A stretch of 64,000 nucleotides of DNA from Candidatus Rokuibacteriota bacterium (GCA_003220685.1 QHTE01000046.1:51184-115183); one strand, 5' to 3'. Positions 51,866-64,000 are shown, numbered from the stretch's first letter. Notes: generated by a model not told the origin, from the letters alone. Numbers and translations are program-made.

Positions 51866-52903
51866 ATGTCGCTCGCCGAAGTCCGATCGGTCTATGCCGT
51901 CTCGCGGGCAAGCCTCCTCGACTTCTACCGGACGATGGATCCCGACCGACCGTGTCCCTCCTCGGAAACGTGGGAATGGCTCTATCGTCCAAGCTTCGGC
52001 GCCCCGTGCAGCGCGCTGGTGGTGGAGCGCGACAATCGAGTGGTCGCCCACGCCGGCATCATCCCGTTCTGGCTCTCCGTGCGAGATCGGAAGGTCTCGG
52101 CCGGCTGGTACGTCGACTTTGCGGTGCTCCCGGAGCTGCAGCGCGCCGGGCTGGGGCGCGCGCTGACCCTCGAGTGGATGCGGCTCACGGATGTCCACGT
52201 GACCTTCTGCAACGAGCGATCGATGGGCCTCTTCCGAAAGCTGGGCTGGGAGGAATCCTTCGATACCCGTCTGCACCACTTCTTCCTCAAGCCGTTGAGC
52301 CATCCCAGCATGCTGAGGCGGCTGGACGGTCGTGTTCCGGCCGCGGTGACGGCGGCGGTGAACGGGGCCGCCCGAGCGCTTCTGAGCAACTGGTACGGCC
52401 TGCAATCGAGACGAGCGGGGAAGCTCGACTTCGCTCCGGTGAGCGAGAGGCTCCTCGAGCGCTTCGAGTCGACTCCCCGATCCGCCATCGCTCCGATCCG
52501 CGATCGGGAATATCTGCGCTGGCGATTTCTGGAGTCCCCATACCGACCCGAATATCTTGTGGCGCTCTCGGATGGTCTCCCGCTCGCGATCGTGCGGGAG
52601 CGGAAAGACAAGCCTCGCTCCCGGCACGTCGAGATCCTGTTCGTCAAAGACGACATCCCGTTTCCTGCGCTCAAGCAGCTGATCGCCGCGCTCGGAGTCT
52701 GGGCTTCCCGCCGCGACCATGCCTATCTCCGCTACTACGAGCCCGACCCGTTGCGCTCTCGACAGCTCCACCGGGCGCTGCGGTCGTACGTCCACCATCC
52801 GCGGTTCGCGTTCTTCGCCCGGAGCGCCGAGCTCATGGACGACTTGAAGCGGGGTCCGCTCCGCTGGCAGCTCGCCGACAGCGACTTCGAGGTGACCGGC
52901 TAG
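51866..52903 (+). CDS. GNAT-family acetyltransferase domain protein
   Basis: AGGAGG RBS 9 nt upstream. Acetyl-CoA binding motif LPELQRAGLGRAL. Confidence 0.55.
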   Translation: MSLAEVRSVYAVSRASLLDFYRTMDPDRPCPSSETWEWLYRPSFGAPCSALVVERDNRVVAHAGIIPFWLSVRDRKVSAGWYVDFAVLPELQRAGLGRALTLEWMRLTDVHVTFCNERSMGLFRKLGWEESFDTRLHHFFLKPLSHPSMLRRLDGRVPAAVTAAVNGAARALLSNWYGLQSRRAGKLDFAPVSERLLERFESTPRSAIAPIRDREYLRWRFLESPYRPEYLVALSDGLPLAIVRERKDKPRSRHVEILFVKDDIPFPALKQLIAALGVWASRRDHAYLRYYEPDPLRSRQLHRALRSYVHHPRFAFFARSAELMDDLKRGPLRWQLADSDFEVTG

Positions 52904-52905
52904 CG

Positions 52906-53910
52906 ATGGATCTGAAGGGCCGGATCAAGAGCGGCCTGATGGTGCTCGACCGGCCGATCGTGCGCTGGCAGCTGCGCGTCCTGGGCGACCGACCGGGACT
53001 GATTTCCCTGCTGTGTCACAGCGTCTTCACCGATCGCGCGCAGGCGCATTGCCGCAACCTCGACCCGCTCGAGGACCTGACCCTCGAGGACTACCAGCGC
53101 ATCTTCGAGCACTTCGGGGCGGCGGGCTACCAGTTCGTGAGCGAAGAGCAGGTTCTCGCCGGACTCGACCCGGATGGTCGGTTCGTCTGGCTGACGTTCG
53201 ACGACGGATACTACAACAACTTCCGGATCCTGCCGCTGATCGAGAAGCTGAAGATTCCGGCACAGCTGTACGTGTCGACCGACCACGTTCTGGAAGGCAA
53301 GAGCTTCTGGTGGGACGCACTCTACCGCGCGCGCTCCAGACAGGGGCGGACGCCGGACGAGATCTACCGGGAGGCCGAGGCGCTGAAGAGCAAGACGAAT
53401 CGTGAGCTCGAAGCGATCCTGGTCGGCGAGTTCGGCTCGAGCGTCCTGACACCGGCCTCGGACATCGATCGGCCCATGACCGCCGAGGAGGTCCGGCAAT
53501 TCGCGTCGCATCCACTGATCACGGTGGGGAATCACACCTCCGAGCACGGGGTTCTGACCAACTACTCGCTTCCCGAGGCCAGGCGGATCATCGAGAAGGG
53601 GGAGAACGATCTAAGACGAATCCTGGGCAGGCCCTGCCGAACCTTCGCGTATCCCAACGGGGACTTCTCGGAGGAGATGTTCGAAACGCTGGAGCGTCTG
53701 GGATACGCGGCCGCGATCTCGTGCGACTTCCGGAGAAATTCGATGGCGAGTGTCCTGACCGCGAGGTCTCGCTACCGAATCGGCCGGTTCTACCTCTCCG
53801 GGGGCTGGGACCTGGAGGCCCAGTGCCAGATGCTCAGGGCCGTCTTCTCACCGCTCCTCGCCCTCCGCGCGGCGGGCCTGCGGGCTCGCCGCCGGGCGCG
53901 GCGTCGTTGA
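52906..53910 (+). CDS. Polysaccharide deacetylase (NodB homology domain)
   Basis: Motifs TFDDGYYNNF, NHTSEH and FAYPNG are the NodB catalytic motifs. Confidence 0.8.
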   Translation: MDLKGRIKSGLMVLDRPIVRWQLRVLGDRPGLISLLCHSVFTDRAQAHCRNLDPLEDLTLEDYQRIFEHFGAAGYQFVSEEQVLAGLDPDGRFVWLTFDDGYYNNFRILPLIEKLKIPAQLYVSTDHVLEGKSFWWDALYRARSRQGRTPDEIYREAEALKSKTNRELEAILVGEFGSSVLTPASDIDRPMTAEEVRQFASHPLITVGNHTSEHGVLTNYSLPEARRIIEKGENDLRRILGRPCRTFAYPNGDFSEEMFETLERLGYAAAISCDFRRNSMASVLTARSRYRIGRFYLSGGWDLEAQCQMLRAVFSPLLALRAAGLRARRRARRR

Positions 53911-53977
53911 GCGACGTCTCGTAGGGTTCGCTCGCGCCGTGGTGAGCTCGCGGCGCGAGACTCTCGCGCCCCGTCTT

Positions 53978-54688
53978 CTAGACAGCGCGGCCGGCGGCGG
54001 ACGTCCGGCGAATCAGCCCGCGGAGGCGGTCGGCATCGTGCGGATCGAGGCGGACGAACGTGAAGGCCTGCCCGTCGGCGTCGACTCGAAGGAGGATCGA
54101 GATGACCTCGATCGGCGCGCCGCCGTCCGGCGGCGTGAAGATCGCCTTGCCGATCGTGTCCGAGTCCAGCGCCGCATCGAAGCGCGCTTTCATGCCCGAC
54201 AGGCCCACCTCGACGAGGGTCCCGTGGTGCTCGCGTCCGTTGTACTCGCGCAGCCGCGCCGGAATGCTCAGACGGGCGCGCGTCGACCGCCGCTTGTCCG
54301 GACGTCGCTCCAGCTCGGCGCCGCGGGCCATGGCGTGCGGCTCGAGGAACGTCAGGACCTCGTTCAGCCGCTCGAGCTGGACGGGCTTGCCCATGAAGTC
54401 GGCCGCGCCCAGCCTGAGGCACTCGCGGGCCTGGCTCTCGTTGACGACCCCGGAGACGGCGACGATCGGGACGCCGAGCGCCCGCACCGGGCGGAGCTGG
54501 AGGAAGTCGAGCCCGCTCATCCCGGGGAGCTGGACGTCGAGCAGGATCGCGTCGAGCCGCTCGCTCTGGAGGCTGGCGAGCGCGGCTTCGGCCGTGTGGA
54601 CGACGAGCGCGTGGTGGCCGAGCTCGACGAGAAAGTCGCGCAACACCTCGCCGAGGTCGAGCTGGTCTTCGACAACCAGGACCCGCAT
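53978..54688 (-). CDS. Response regulator receiver fused to PilZ domain
   Basis: REC domain (VLVVEDQ...ILLDVQLPGMSG...K) then PilZ motifs (RRSTRARL...DxSxxG-like LSGMKA). Confidence 0.7.
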   Translation of the reverse strand: MRVLVVEDQLDLGEVLRDFLVELGHHALVVHTAEAALASLQSERLDAILLDVQLPGMSGLDFLQLRPVRALGVPIVAVSGVVNESQARECLRLGAADFMGKPVQLERLNEVLTFLEPHAMARGAELERRPDKRRSTRARLSIPARLREYNGREHHGTLVEVGLSGMKARFDAALDSDTIGKAIFTPPDGGAPIEVISILLRVDADGQAFTFVRLDPHDADRLRGLIRRTSAAGRAV

Positions 54689-54803
54689 CTGCGGCCGAGC
54701 GTAGCACGATAGGTGCGGCTTCCCCGAGGAACCGAGACCGGTCGGGCCTCTCGGCCCGAAGTGCTATACTGTGCGCCCGGGTGCATCTCGAAGGAGGCAT
54801 ATC

Positions 54804-55147
54804 TTGTCGGGCTACCTGCCCGTTCTCATCTTCGCCGCGTTGATCCTCGGCTTCGGGGTCGTCTCGCTCGCGGTGGCGCGGCTTTTGCGTCCGAGCCGCC
54901 CCAGCCCCGTCAAGCTCATGAACTACGAGTGCGGCGCCGAGCCCATCGGGACCGCCTGGGTGCAGTTCCCCGTCGGCTTCTACCTGGTCGCGCTCGTGTT
55001 CATCGTCTTCGACGCGCTCGCAGTGTTCCTCTTCCCGTGGGCGCTGGTGCTCCGCGTCGTCGGCGTCAGCGCGTTCTGGGTGATGGCCGCGTTCGTCGGC
55101 CTCCTCGGACTCGGCTGGCTCTACGCGTACCGGGAGGGCGTGCTCGA

Positions 55148-55157
<10 letters not shown>
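54804..55157 (+). CDS. nuoA: NADH-quinone oxidoreductase subunit A
   Basis: TTG start 6 nt after AAGGAGG. 117 aa with three TM segments and a NuoA conserved core. Confidence 0.8.
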
Positions 55158-55785
<628 letters not shown>

Positions 55786-55789
<4 letters not shown>

Positions 55790-56235
55790 CGGCCGCCGAC
55801 GCGCGCGCGCGTATCCAGGAGCGCTTCGGAGTGGACGCGGTCGCCGACGGTGGGCTCGGCGTCACCCTGCCGCGCGATCGCTGGCAGGAGTTCGCCCGCT
55901 TCGCCCACGACGAGCTCGGCTGCCGCTACTTCAACTGGCTGTCCGCCGTGGACTGGCAGGACCAGGGTCTCGAGGTGCTCTGCCGCCTCGAGAACCTCGA
56001 CGCGCCGCTCGTGGTCGCGATGCGCACCCGGCTCCCCGCCGGCCAGACACGCTGTCCGTCGCTGACCTCGCTCTATCGCGGCGCCAACTGGATGGAGCGC
56101 GAGTGCTACGACATGTTCGGGATCGTCTTCGAAGGCCATCCCGACCTCCGACGCATCCTCCTCTCGGACGACTGGGAAGGCTACCCGCTCCGAAAGGACT
56201 ACGCCGTCGACACTCCGCTGGCCCCGTACCGATGA
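55786..56235 (+). CDS. nuoC: NADH-quinone oxidoreductase subunit C (30 kDa)
   Basis: 149 aa with ATGA overlap with nuoB. NuoC motif [23 protein letters not shown]. Confidence 0.85.
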
Positions 56236-56248
56236 GGAGACACGGTCC

Positions 56249-56884
56249 ATGATCTACGAGCTGCGCACCTATACCCTCTCGCCCGGCAAGCAGGGCGAGT
56301 ACCTCAAGCTCAATTCCGAGGTCGGCCGTCCGATCCGCGGCGACAAGTACGGCAAGCTCGAGGGCTCGTGGACGACCGAGTTCGGCACCCTCAACCAGTA
56401 CGTCCACCTCTGGGCCTACGCCGACCTGGTCGAGCGCGAGCGGCTGCGGGACGAGCTCGCGAAGAACGAGGCGTGGGGCCGCGACTACGTCGCGAAGATC
56501 CGGCCGCTGCTCCTCGCCCAGGAGAACAAGATCCTGTCGGCGCAGCTGCCGCTGAAGCCGCCGGGCGACGGCGGGCACGTCTACGAGCTCCGGGCGTATC
56601 GCACCCAGGTCGGGAAGGCCGGCGAGTGGCTCGGCCACTTCAAGGCGATCATGCCCGTGCGCGAGAAGTACTCGAAGAACGTGGGCGTGTTCCAGACCGA
56701 GGTGGCCCAGCTCAACGAGGTCGTGCACCTCTGGGCCTATCGCGATCTGAACGATCGGGCGGCCGTCCGCGGCAAGGTTCTTCAAGACGCGGAGTGGCAG
56801 GCGTTCCTCGGCAAGGCGACGCCGCTGCTCGTCGAGATGCGCTCGGTGGCGATGATTCCCGCGCCGTCCTCGCCGATGAAGTAA
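56249..56884 (+). CDS. NIPSNAP family protein (tandem NIPSNAP domains) inserted in the complex I operon
   Basis: 211 aa with two repeats of the YELRTYTL...HLWAY pattern. Confidence 0.7.
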   Translation: MIYELRTYTLSPGKQGEYLKLNSEVGRPIRGDKYGKLEGSWTTEFGTLNQYVHLWAYADLVERERLRDELAKNEAWGRDYVAKIRPLLLAQENKILSAQLPLKPPGDGGHVYELRAYRTQVGKAGEWLGHFKAIMPVREKYSKNVGVFQTEVAQLNEVVHLWAYRDLNDRAAVRGKVLQDAEWQAFLGKATPLLVEMRSVAMIPAPSSPMK

Positions 56885-56891
56885 CTCGACC

Positions 56892-58055
56892 GTGGCCGCG
56901 ACGCAGACCCAGCAGGTCGTCGAGATCGGGTACGGGGGCAACGAGCGCCTCATGATGAACATGGGGCCGCAGCACCCATCATCCCACGGCGTGTTCCGCA
57001 TGATCCTCACGCTCGAGGGCGAGACCGTCGTCGGCGTCGACGCCGTGATCGGCTATCTCCACCGCTGCCACGAGAAGCTCGGCGAGAGCCTGACGTACGT
57101 GCAGTACCCGTCGATCGCATCGAAGACCGACTACGTCGCGGCCATGACCGCCGAGCTCGCGTACGTCTCCGCCGTCGAGAAGATCGCGAAGGTCGAGGTT
57201 CCCCGCCGCGCGCAGTACCTGCGCGTGATCGTCGCCGAGCTGCAGCGGATCGCCTCCCACTGCCTCTGGCTCGGCACCTGGTGCCTGGACATGGGCGGAG
57301 CGCTCGGGGGCGGCGCGACCGTCTTCCTCTACTGCATCCGCGAGCGCGAGATGGTCCTGGATCGCTTCGAGGAGCTGACCGGCGCGCGCCTGCTCTACGG
57401 CTTCCACCAGACGGGCGGCACCCGGTACGACGTGCCGCCGGGCTGGGACAAGAAGGTGCGCGAGACGGTCGACTTCATCGAGCGCCGGCTCGACGAGTAC
57501 GAGTCGATGCTGGAGGGCAACACGTTCTTCCGCGTGCGCACGCAGGGCGTCGGCGTGATCTCGCGCGAGGTCGCCGAGACGGTGGGCGTGTCGGGCCCGC
57601 TGATCCGCGGCTCGGGCGTGGGGTACGACGTCCGGCGGGCCGAGCCGTATTCGTCGTACGGCGATTTCGACTTCGTCGTGCCCGTGGAGACCGCGGGCGA
57701 TTGCTACGCGCGCTATCGCGTGCGCATGGTCGAGTTCCGTCAGTCGATCCGGATCATCCGGCAGGCGCTCGACGGGCTCCCCGAGGGCCCGATCTCCTCG
57801 CGTCCCGGCGTGAAGTCCGTCGCCCAGGTCCGCGTGCCCAAGGGCGAGGGCTACACGCGCATCGAGGGCGCCCGCGGCGAGATCGGCTGCTACATCGTGA
57901 GCGACGGCGGGCCGAAGCCGTACCGCCTGAAGTGGCGGGGCGCGTCCTTCTCGAACCTGGCCGTCCTGCCCTACATCGTGCCCGGCCACAAGGTCGCCGA
58001 CGTGGTCGCGATCATGGGCTCCGTCGATCCGGTATTCGGGGAAGTCGACCGGTGA
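56892..58055 (+). CDS. nuoD: NADH-quinone oxidoreductase subunit D (49 kDa)
   Basis: GTG start. Motifs MMNMGPQHPSSHGVFRM and the C-terminal region match NuoD. Confidence 0.9.
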   Translation: MAATQTQQVVEIGYGGNERLMMNMGPQHPSSHGVFRMILTLEGETVVGVDAVIGYLHRCHEKLGESLTYVQYPSIASKTDYVAAMTAELAYVSAVEKIAKVEVPRRAQYLRVIVAELQRIASHCLWLGTWCLDMGGALGGGATVFLYCIREREMVLDRFEELTGARLLYGFHQTGGTRYDVPPGWDKKVRETVDFIERRLDEYESMLEGNTFFRVRTQGVGVISREVAETVGVSGPLIRGSGVGYDVRRAEPYSSYGDFDFVVPVETAGDCYARYRVRMVEFRQSIRIIRQALDGLPEGPISSRPGVKSVAQVRVPKGEGYTRIEGARGEIGCYIVSDGGPKPYRLKWRGASFSNLAVLPYIVPGHKVADVVAIMGSVDPVFGEVDR

Positions 58056-59041
58056 CCTTGCCGCCCATGGCCTGGCACGCGATCGAGGCGTTCATCGTCC
58101 TGAACGTCCTGCTCGGGCTGGTCGCCTACGTCACGCTGCTCGAGCGCAAGTTCGCCGCGCGCATGCAGTCGCGGATCGGCCCGTACTACGTCGGCCGGCC
58201 CCACGGCTGGCTCCAGCCGATCGCCGACGCGCTCAAGCTGATGATGAAGGAAGACATCGTCCCGGCCACCAGCGATCGCGCGGTCTACAACCTGGCGCCG
58301 ATCGTCTTCCTCGTCCCGTGCTTGCTGATCTTCGCGACGCTCCCGTTCGCGCCCACGCTCGGCGTCGCCGACCTGAACATCGGCGTACTGTTTTTCCTGG
58401 CCGTCTCGTCGCTGGAGATCGTCGGCCTCTTCATGGGCGGCTGGGGGTCGAACAACAAGTACGCGCTCCTGTCGGCGATGCGCGCGGTCAACCAGATCAT
58501 CTCCTACGACCTGCCGTTCATCTTCGCCGCGCTCGTTCCGGTCGTCCTCGCCGGCTCGATGCAGATGTCGTCGATCGTCGCCGCGCAGCAGGGACTCTGG
58601 TTCGTCGCCTACCCTCTCATCGGCCAGCTCGCCTTCCTCGCCTTCGTGGTGGCCACGCTCGCCGCCGAGAACCGGGTGCCCTTCGACATCCTCGAGGCCG
58701 AGTCGGAGCTGGTCGCCGGCTTCCGGGTCGAGTACAGCGGCATGAAGTTCGCCCTGATCCAGCTCGGCGAGTACGCGCACATGCTGGGCACGAGCTTCCT
58801 CGGCGCCCTGCTCTTCCTGGGCGGCTGGCTCGGCCCCGGGCCGGCGGCGCTCGGACCGCTGTGGCTCCTGCTCAAGGCGATGGTGATCTTCCTGCTGGTC
58901 ACCTGGGTGCGCTGGTCATTCGTGCGGATCCGGGTCGACCACATCCTGGCGATCTCGTGGAAGCTCCTGATGCCGGCGACCCTCGTCTTGCTGCTGGCGG
59001 CCGGGTTCGTCGTCGCGACGCGAGGCGCCGGTGGCGGGTAA
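58052..59041 (+). CDS. nuoH: NADH-quinone oxidoreductase subunit H
   Basis: NuoH core ERKFAARMQSRIGPYYVGRPHGWLQPIADALKL. The start is either the GTG at 58052 (GTGA-coupled to nuoD) or the ATG at 58067. Confidence 0.85.
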   Translation: MTLPPMAWHAIEAFIVLNVLLGLVAYVTLLERKFAARMQSRIGPYYVGRPHGWLQPIADALKLMMKEDIVPATSDRAVYNLAPIVFLVPCLLIFATLPFAPTLGVADLNIGVLFFLAVSSLEIVGLFMGGWGSNNKYALLSAMRAVNQIISYDLPFIFAALVPVVLAGSMQMSSIVAAQQGLWFVAYPLIGQLAFLAFVVATLAAENRVPFDILEAESELVAGFRVEYSGMKFALIQLGEYAHMLGTSFLGALLFLGGWLGPGPAALGPLWLLLKAMVIFLLVTWVRWSFVRIRVDHILAISWKLLMPATLVLLLAAGFVVATRGAGGG

Positions 59042-59600
59042 CGGCGGCGCGCCCGCGTTCTGGCGCGAGACGGGCCAGCTGATCGGCGCCATCGGGCGCG
59101 CGATGGGCGTCACCTTGCGGAACCTCTTCCGCAAGCCGGTGACCGTCCACTATCCCGACGTCCAGCGGCAATACCCGGACCGCTTCCGGGGCATCCTCGC
59201 CCTCGCCTACGACAAGGAGACCGGCGAGGAGGCGTGCATCGGCTGCCGTCTCTGCGAGTACGTCTGCCCGCCGCAAGTGATCAAGGTCGAGATGCTGAAG
59301 GGCCAGAAGCGGAACTACGCGAAGACGTTCACCCTCGAGCTCTACGCGTGCGAGTTCTGCGAGCTGTGCGTGCAGGTGTGCCCGACCGACGCGATCATCA
59401 TGATGAAATCCTTCGATCTCGCGACCGCGGACCGGCGCGAGCTCCTGCTCGACAAGGACCGGCTGCACGCCCTCGGCCTCACGTTCGAGCCATCGTGGGC
59501 CACGGGCAACCGGCTGCGCGACATGCAGGCGCCGCCGAGGCCGGCGCGAGCCGAGGCCAGGGGAGAAGCCAAGGGAGAGGCGAAGGAGCCGGCCGAGTGA
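59031..59600 (+). CDS. nuoI: NADH-quinone oxidoreductase subunit I (2x[4Fe-4S])
   Basis: Two CxxCxxCxxxCP motifs (CIGCRLCEYVCP, CEFCELCVQVCP). The N-terminus aligns to Thermus Nqo9 (GVTLRNLFRKPVTVHYPD). The start is GTG 59031 or ATG 59103, so it is uncertain. Confidence 0.8.
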   Translation: MAGNGGAPAFWRETGQLIGAIGRAMGVTLRNLFRKPVTVHYPDVQRQYPDRFRGILALAYDKETGEEACIGCRLCEYVCPPQVIKVEMLKGQKRNYAKTFTLELYACEFCELCVQVCPTDAIIMMKSFDLATADRRELLLDKDRLHALGLTFEPSWATGNRLRDMQAPPRPARAEARGEAKGEAKEPAE

Positions 59601-60091
59601 CCCTCGAAGCGGTTGGATTCTGGGTGGTAGCCGTGGTGCTACTCGCCTCGAGCCTTGCCGTCGTGCTCACCCCGAACCTGTTCCACGCCGTCCTCTACCT
59701 CGCCGCGGCCCTGGTCGCCACGGGCGCGATCTTCCTCTTGCTGGAGCAGCCCTTCCTCTTCGCCGTGCAGCTCCTGCTCTACGCCGGGGGCGTCGTCACG
59801 ATCGTGGTGTTCGCGATCATGCTGACCGAGCGGCTGATCGGGGAGCGCGTCCGGCAGACGAGCCGGCACCTCGTCAACGGCGCGATCGTCGCGGCCGCGG
59901 TCTTCGCCGGCATCGCGGGCTTCCTGCTGCGGTCGCCGCTGGCGACGCCGCGCCCGGGACCGGTCGACGACGCCACGGTCGCGATCGGGCGCGCCCTGGT
60001 GGGCCCCTTCGCCGTGACGCTCGAGCTCCTGGGCGTGCTCCTGGTGACGGCTCTCCTCGGCGCCCTCTACTTCGCGCGGAGCGACGAGTGA
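59597..60091 (+). CDS. nuoJ: NADH-quinone oxidoreductase subunit J
   Basis: GTGA-coupled to nuoI. 164 aa with 5 TM segments. Confidence 0.8.
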   Translation: MTLEAVGFWVVAVVLLASSLAVVLTPNLFHAVLYLAAALVATGAIFLLLEQPFLFAVQLLLYAGGVVTIVVFAIMLTERLIGERVRQTSRHLVNGAIVAAAVFAGIAGFLLRSPLATPRPGPVDDATVAIGRALVGPFAVTLELLGVLLVTALLGALYFARSDE

Positions 60092-60390
60092 TCGGGCTCT
60101 CGTCCTATCTGGTCCTGGCCGCGCTCATGTTCTCGATCGGGCTCTTCGGGGTCCTGACCCGCCGCAACGCGGTCGGTATCCTGCTCGGGATCGAGCTGAT
60201 GCTGAATGCCGTCAACATCAACCTGGTTGCCTTCGCGCGCTTTCACGGCGACCTGTTGGGGCTGGTCTTCACCTTGTTCACGCTCTCCATCACCGTCGCC
60301 GAGGTCGCCGTGGGACTCGCAATCGTCATCGTGATCTTCCGCGTGCGGCGGACGGTCGAGGCGGACCGCCTCGACCTGCTGCGGTGGTAG
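60088..60390 (+). CDS. nuoK: NADH-quinone oxidoreductase subunit K
   Basis: 100 aa with 3 TM segments and conserved Glu residues in TM2/TM3 (GIELML, AEVAVGLA). Confidence 0.9.
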   Translation: MIGLSSYLVLAALMFSIGLFGVLTRRNAVGILLGIELMLNAVNINLVAFARFHGDLLGLVFTLFTLSITVAEVAVGLAIVIVIFRVRRTVEADRLDLLRW

Positions 60391-60394
60391 CACC

Positions 60395-62208
<1,814 letters not shown>

Positions 62209-62221
<13 letters not shown>

Positions 62222-63744
62222 CCGTGCCCGTGCTCTCGATCATCACGTGGTCGCCGTTCGTCGGCGCGCTGCTCATCATGTTCACGGCCCGCCACCGCCC
62301 TCGCGCGGTGCGTCTGATCTCGGCGGCGACGACCGGCATCTCGGCGGTGCTGTCGCTCTGGATCTACGTGGCCTACGAGCGAGAGAACGCCGGCTTCCAG
62401 TTCTACGAGAAGCTTCCGCTCGTGCCGCCGCTCGGCATCTCGTACGAGCTCGGGGTCGACGGCATCAGCCTGCTGCTGGTCCTGCTGACGTCCATCATCA
62501 TCGTGGCCGGCGTCTTCGCGTCGTGGACGGTCGCGGTCCGGAGCCAGGAGTTCTACGCGCTGCTGCTGGCGCTCGTGACCGGCGTCTACGGCGTGTTCGT
62601 GTCGCTGGATCTCTTCGTCCTGTTCCTGTTCTACGAGCTCGCGGTGCTGCCGATGTACCTGCTGATCGGCATCTGGGGCTCGTCGGGCGAGGTGCGGCCG
62701 CGCGGAATCTTCGCGTGGGCATACCGCGAGACCGGGGTCGGGACGAAGGAATACGCGGCGATGAAGCTCACCCTCTATCTGCTGTTCGGATCGGCGTTCA
62801 TCCTGGTCGGCATCCTCGCCCTCTACGTCAACGCCGGATCCGGTTCGTTCTCGTTCCTCGACTTCGAGGCCACCGCGTTCCCGCGCCCGCTGCAGCGCTG
62901 GGTCTTCCTCGCCTTCTACGTCGGCTTCGGCATCCTCGCCGGCATCTGGCCGCTGCACACGTGGTCGCCCGACGGTCACGCCTCGGCGCCCACGGCGGTG
63001 TCGATGCTCCACGCCGGCGTGCTCATGAAGCTCGGCGCCTACGGCGTCGTGCGCGTGGGCATGGGGTTGCTGCCCGACGCGGCGGTGGACCTCGCCTGGC
63101 TGGTCGGCACGATCGCGTGCGTGAACATCGTGTACGGTGCGCTCTCCTCGATGGCGCAGACGGACCTGAAATACGTGATCGCCTACTCGTCCGTCTCCCA
63201 CATGGGGATCGTCATGCTGGGCGCCGCGACCCTGACCGAGGCGGGGCTCAACGGCTCGGTGTTCCAGATGTTCGCCCACGGCGTCATGACCGGGCTGTTC
63301 TTCGCGCTCGTCGGGCTCGTCTACGAGAAATCGCACTCGCGCGAGATCGGCAAGATGGGCGGCTTCGGCAAGCTGATGCCGGGGATCGCGACCGCGTTCA
63401 CGGTCGGCGGGCTCTCGTCGCTGGGCCTGCCGGCCACCGCGGGCTTCGTCGCCGAGCTCTTGACCTTCCTCGGGGCGTGGCGCTCCGCGCACTCGTGGTG
63501 GCTCTATCCGGCCGTCGCGGGAACCTTCCTGACCGCCGTCTACGTGCTGCGCGTCGTCAAGCAGATCTTCTGGGGACCGCCCTCGCCCCACTTCCACGAC
63601 CTCGTGGATGCGCGCGGCCCCGAGTGGGTCGCGCTGGTCGGGCTGGTCGCCGTGCTGGTGCTCTTCGGCATGGTCCCGTGGCTGGCGATCGCGCCGATCG
63701 ACACGGCGACGGTGCCGCTCCTGGCGCGGATCGTGACCCCGTGA
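62209..63744 (+). CDS. nuoM: NADH-quinone oxidoreductase subunit M
   Basis: ATG 62209 overlaps the nuoL end by 13 nt. 511 aa antiporter-like subunit. Confidence 0.85.
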
Positions 63745-64000
63745 GCCCGTTCGCCCTCGAGCTCGGTCTCGGCGCGGTCATGCTCGCGGTCTTCGGCGCG
63801 ACCCTGGCCGCCCGCGGGACCGATCGCCGGTGGATCGCCTGGCTCGCCACCGTGGGCGTCCTGGCCGTCGGCGTCGTCAGCGCGCTCGTGAAGCCCACGC
63901 CGCCAGCGCTCTTAGGCATGTTCGTCCAGGACGGCCTGGCGATCTTCGCGAAGCGGCTCTTCCTGGCCGCGACCTTCATCGGGCTCCTGGCCGGCATCGC
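63741..64000 (+). CDS. nuoN: NADH-quinone oxidoreductase subunit N, 5' part (runs off the window end)
   Basis: GTGA-coupled to nuoM. N-terminal TM helices VSPFALELGLGAVMLAVFGATLAA. Confidence 0.7.
   Translation, partial: MSPFALELGLGAVMLAVFGATLAARGTDRRWIAWLATVGVLAVGVVSALVKPTPPALLGMFVQDGLAIFAKRLFLAATFIGLLAGI

Noticed and set aside
51952-53910. 652-aa ORF 51952..53910 as a single protein
   Set aside because: Only its 3' part from ATG 52906 (the polysaccharide deacetylase) is real. The upstream part overlaps the GNAT gene in another frame.

Overview
This is a high-GC (roughly 68-70%) bacterial chromosomal window, densely coding on both strands, with many 4-nt start/stop overlaps (ATGA, GTGA, TTGA). 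Three redox genes each carry a single in-frame TGA at the catalytic Cys position, each followed about 11-14 nt later by a GC hairpin. They are a secreted BCP/PrxQ-type peroxiredoxin, a second Prx-type thioredoxin-fold protein, and an AhpD/carboxymuconolactone-decarboxylase-like protein with a CxxU motif. I read all three as selenocysteine-containing peroxide-detoxifying proteins that an ORF caller would split or truncate. No sel genes or tRNA-Sec are in the window. A REP-like 51-bp palindromic element occurs in 3.5 copies at gene boundaries.

Start to end the window contains:
- a branched-chain amino acid ABC transporter operon (livFGMH plus binding protein, minus strand) divergent from a sugar ABC transporter (two permeases plus a TAT-signal binding protein);
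- a TAT-exported S9 peptidase;
- the first selenoprotein Prx translationally coupled to a small exported protein, a lipoprotein and a family-5 ABC substrate-binding protein;
- an orphan gspA/gspB (exeA/exeB) pair;
- a PF04392-type periplasmic binding protein with a multidomain sensor histidine kinase (HAMP-GAF-PAS-HisKA-HATPase);
- assorted enzymes (VOC/glyoxalase, aldo-keto reductase, DinB-like, beta-barrel outer-membrane protein);
- the second selenoprotein Prx;
- a MoxR ATPase / DUF58 / transglutaminase triad;
- a beta-lactamase-family hydrolase, an SDR epimerase, an alpha/beta hydrolase and a PPOX-like protein;
- a membrane GGDEF diguanylate cyclase;
- the AhpD-like selenoprotein;
- a glycosylation cluster (two GT-C membrane glycosyltransferases, a SAM methyltransferase, a GT2 polyprenyl-phosphate sugar synthase);
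- an envelope/DNA-related cluster: a short secretin-domain protein, an OmpA-type lipoprotein, a secreted thermonuclease, a TonB-dependent receptor, tRNA-Ala(GGC), tRNA-Leu(CAA), an IS5-family transposase remnant and a ComEA-like protein;
- indolepyruvate ferredoxin oxidoreductase iorAB, a GNAT acetyltransferase and a polysaccharide deacetylase;
- a REC-PilZ regulator;
- an 11-subunit complex I operon nuoABCD-HIJKLMN (nuoN truncated at the window end) that lacks nuoEFG and has a NIPSNAP gene between nuoC and nuoD.

Caveats: all homology calls are from reading the translated ORFs against remembered family signatures, and no database search was run. Printed-sequence indexing near 32281-32370 appears to disagree with the ORF track by 1 nt, so coordinates of non-ORF features there are +/-1.
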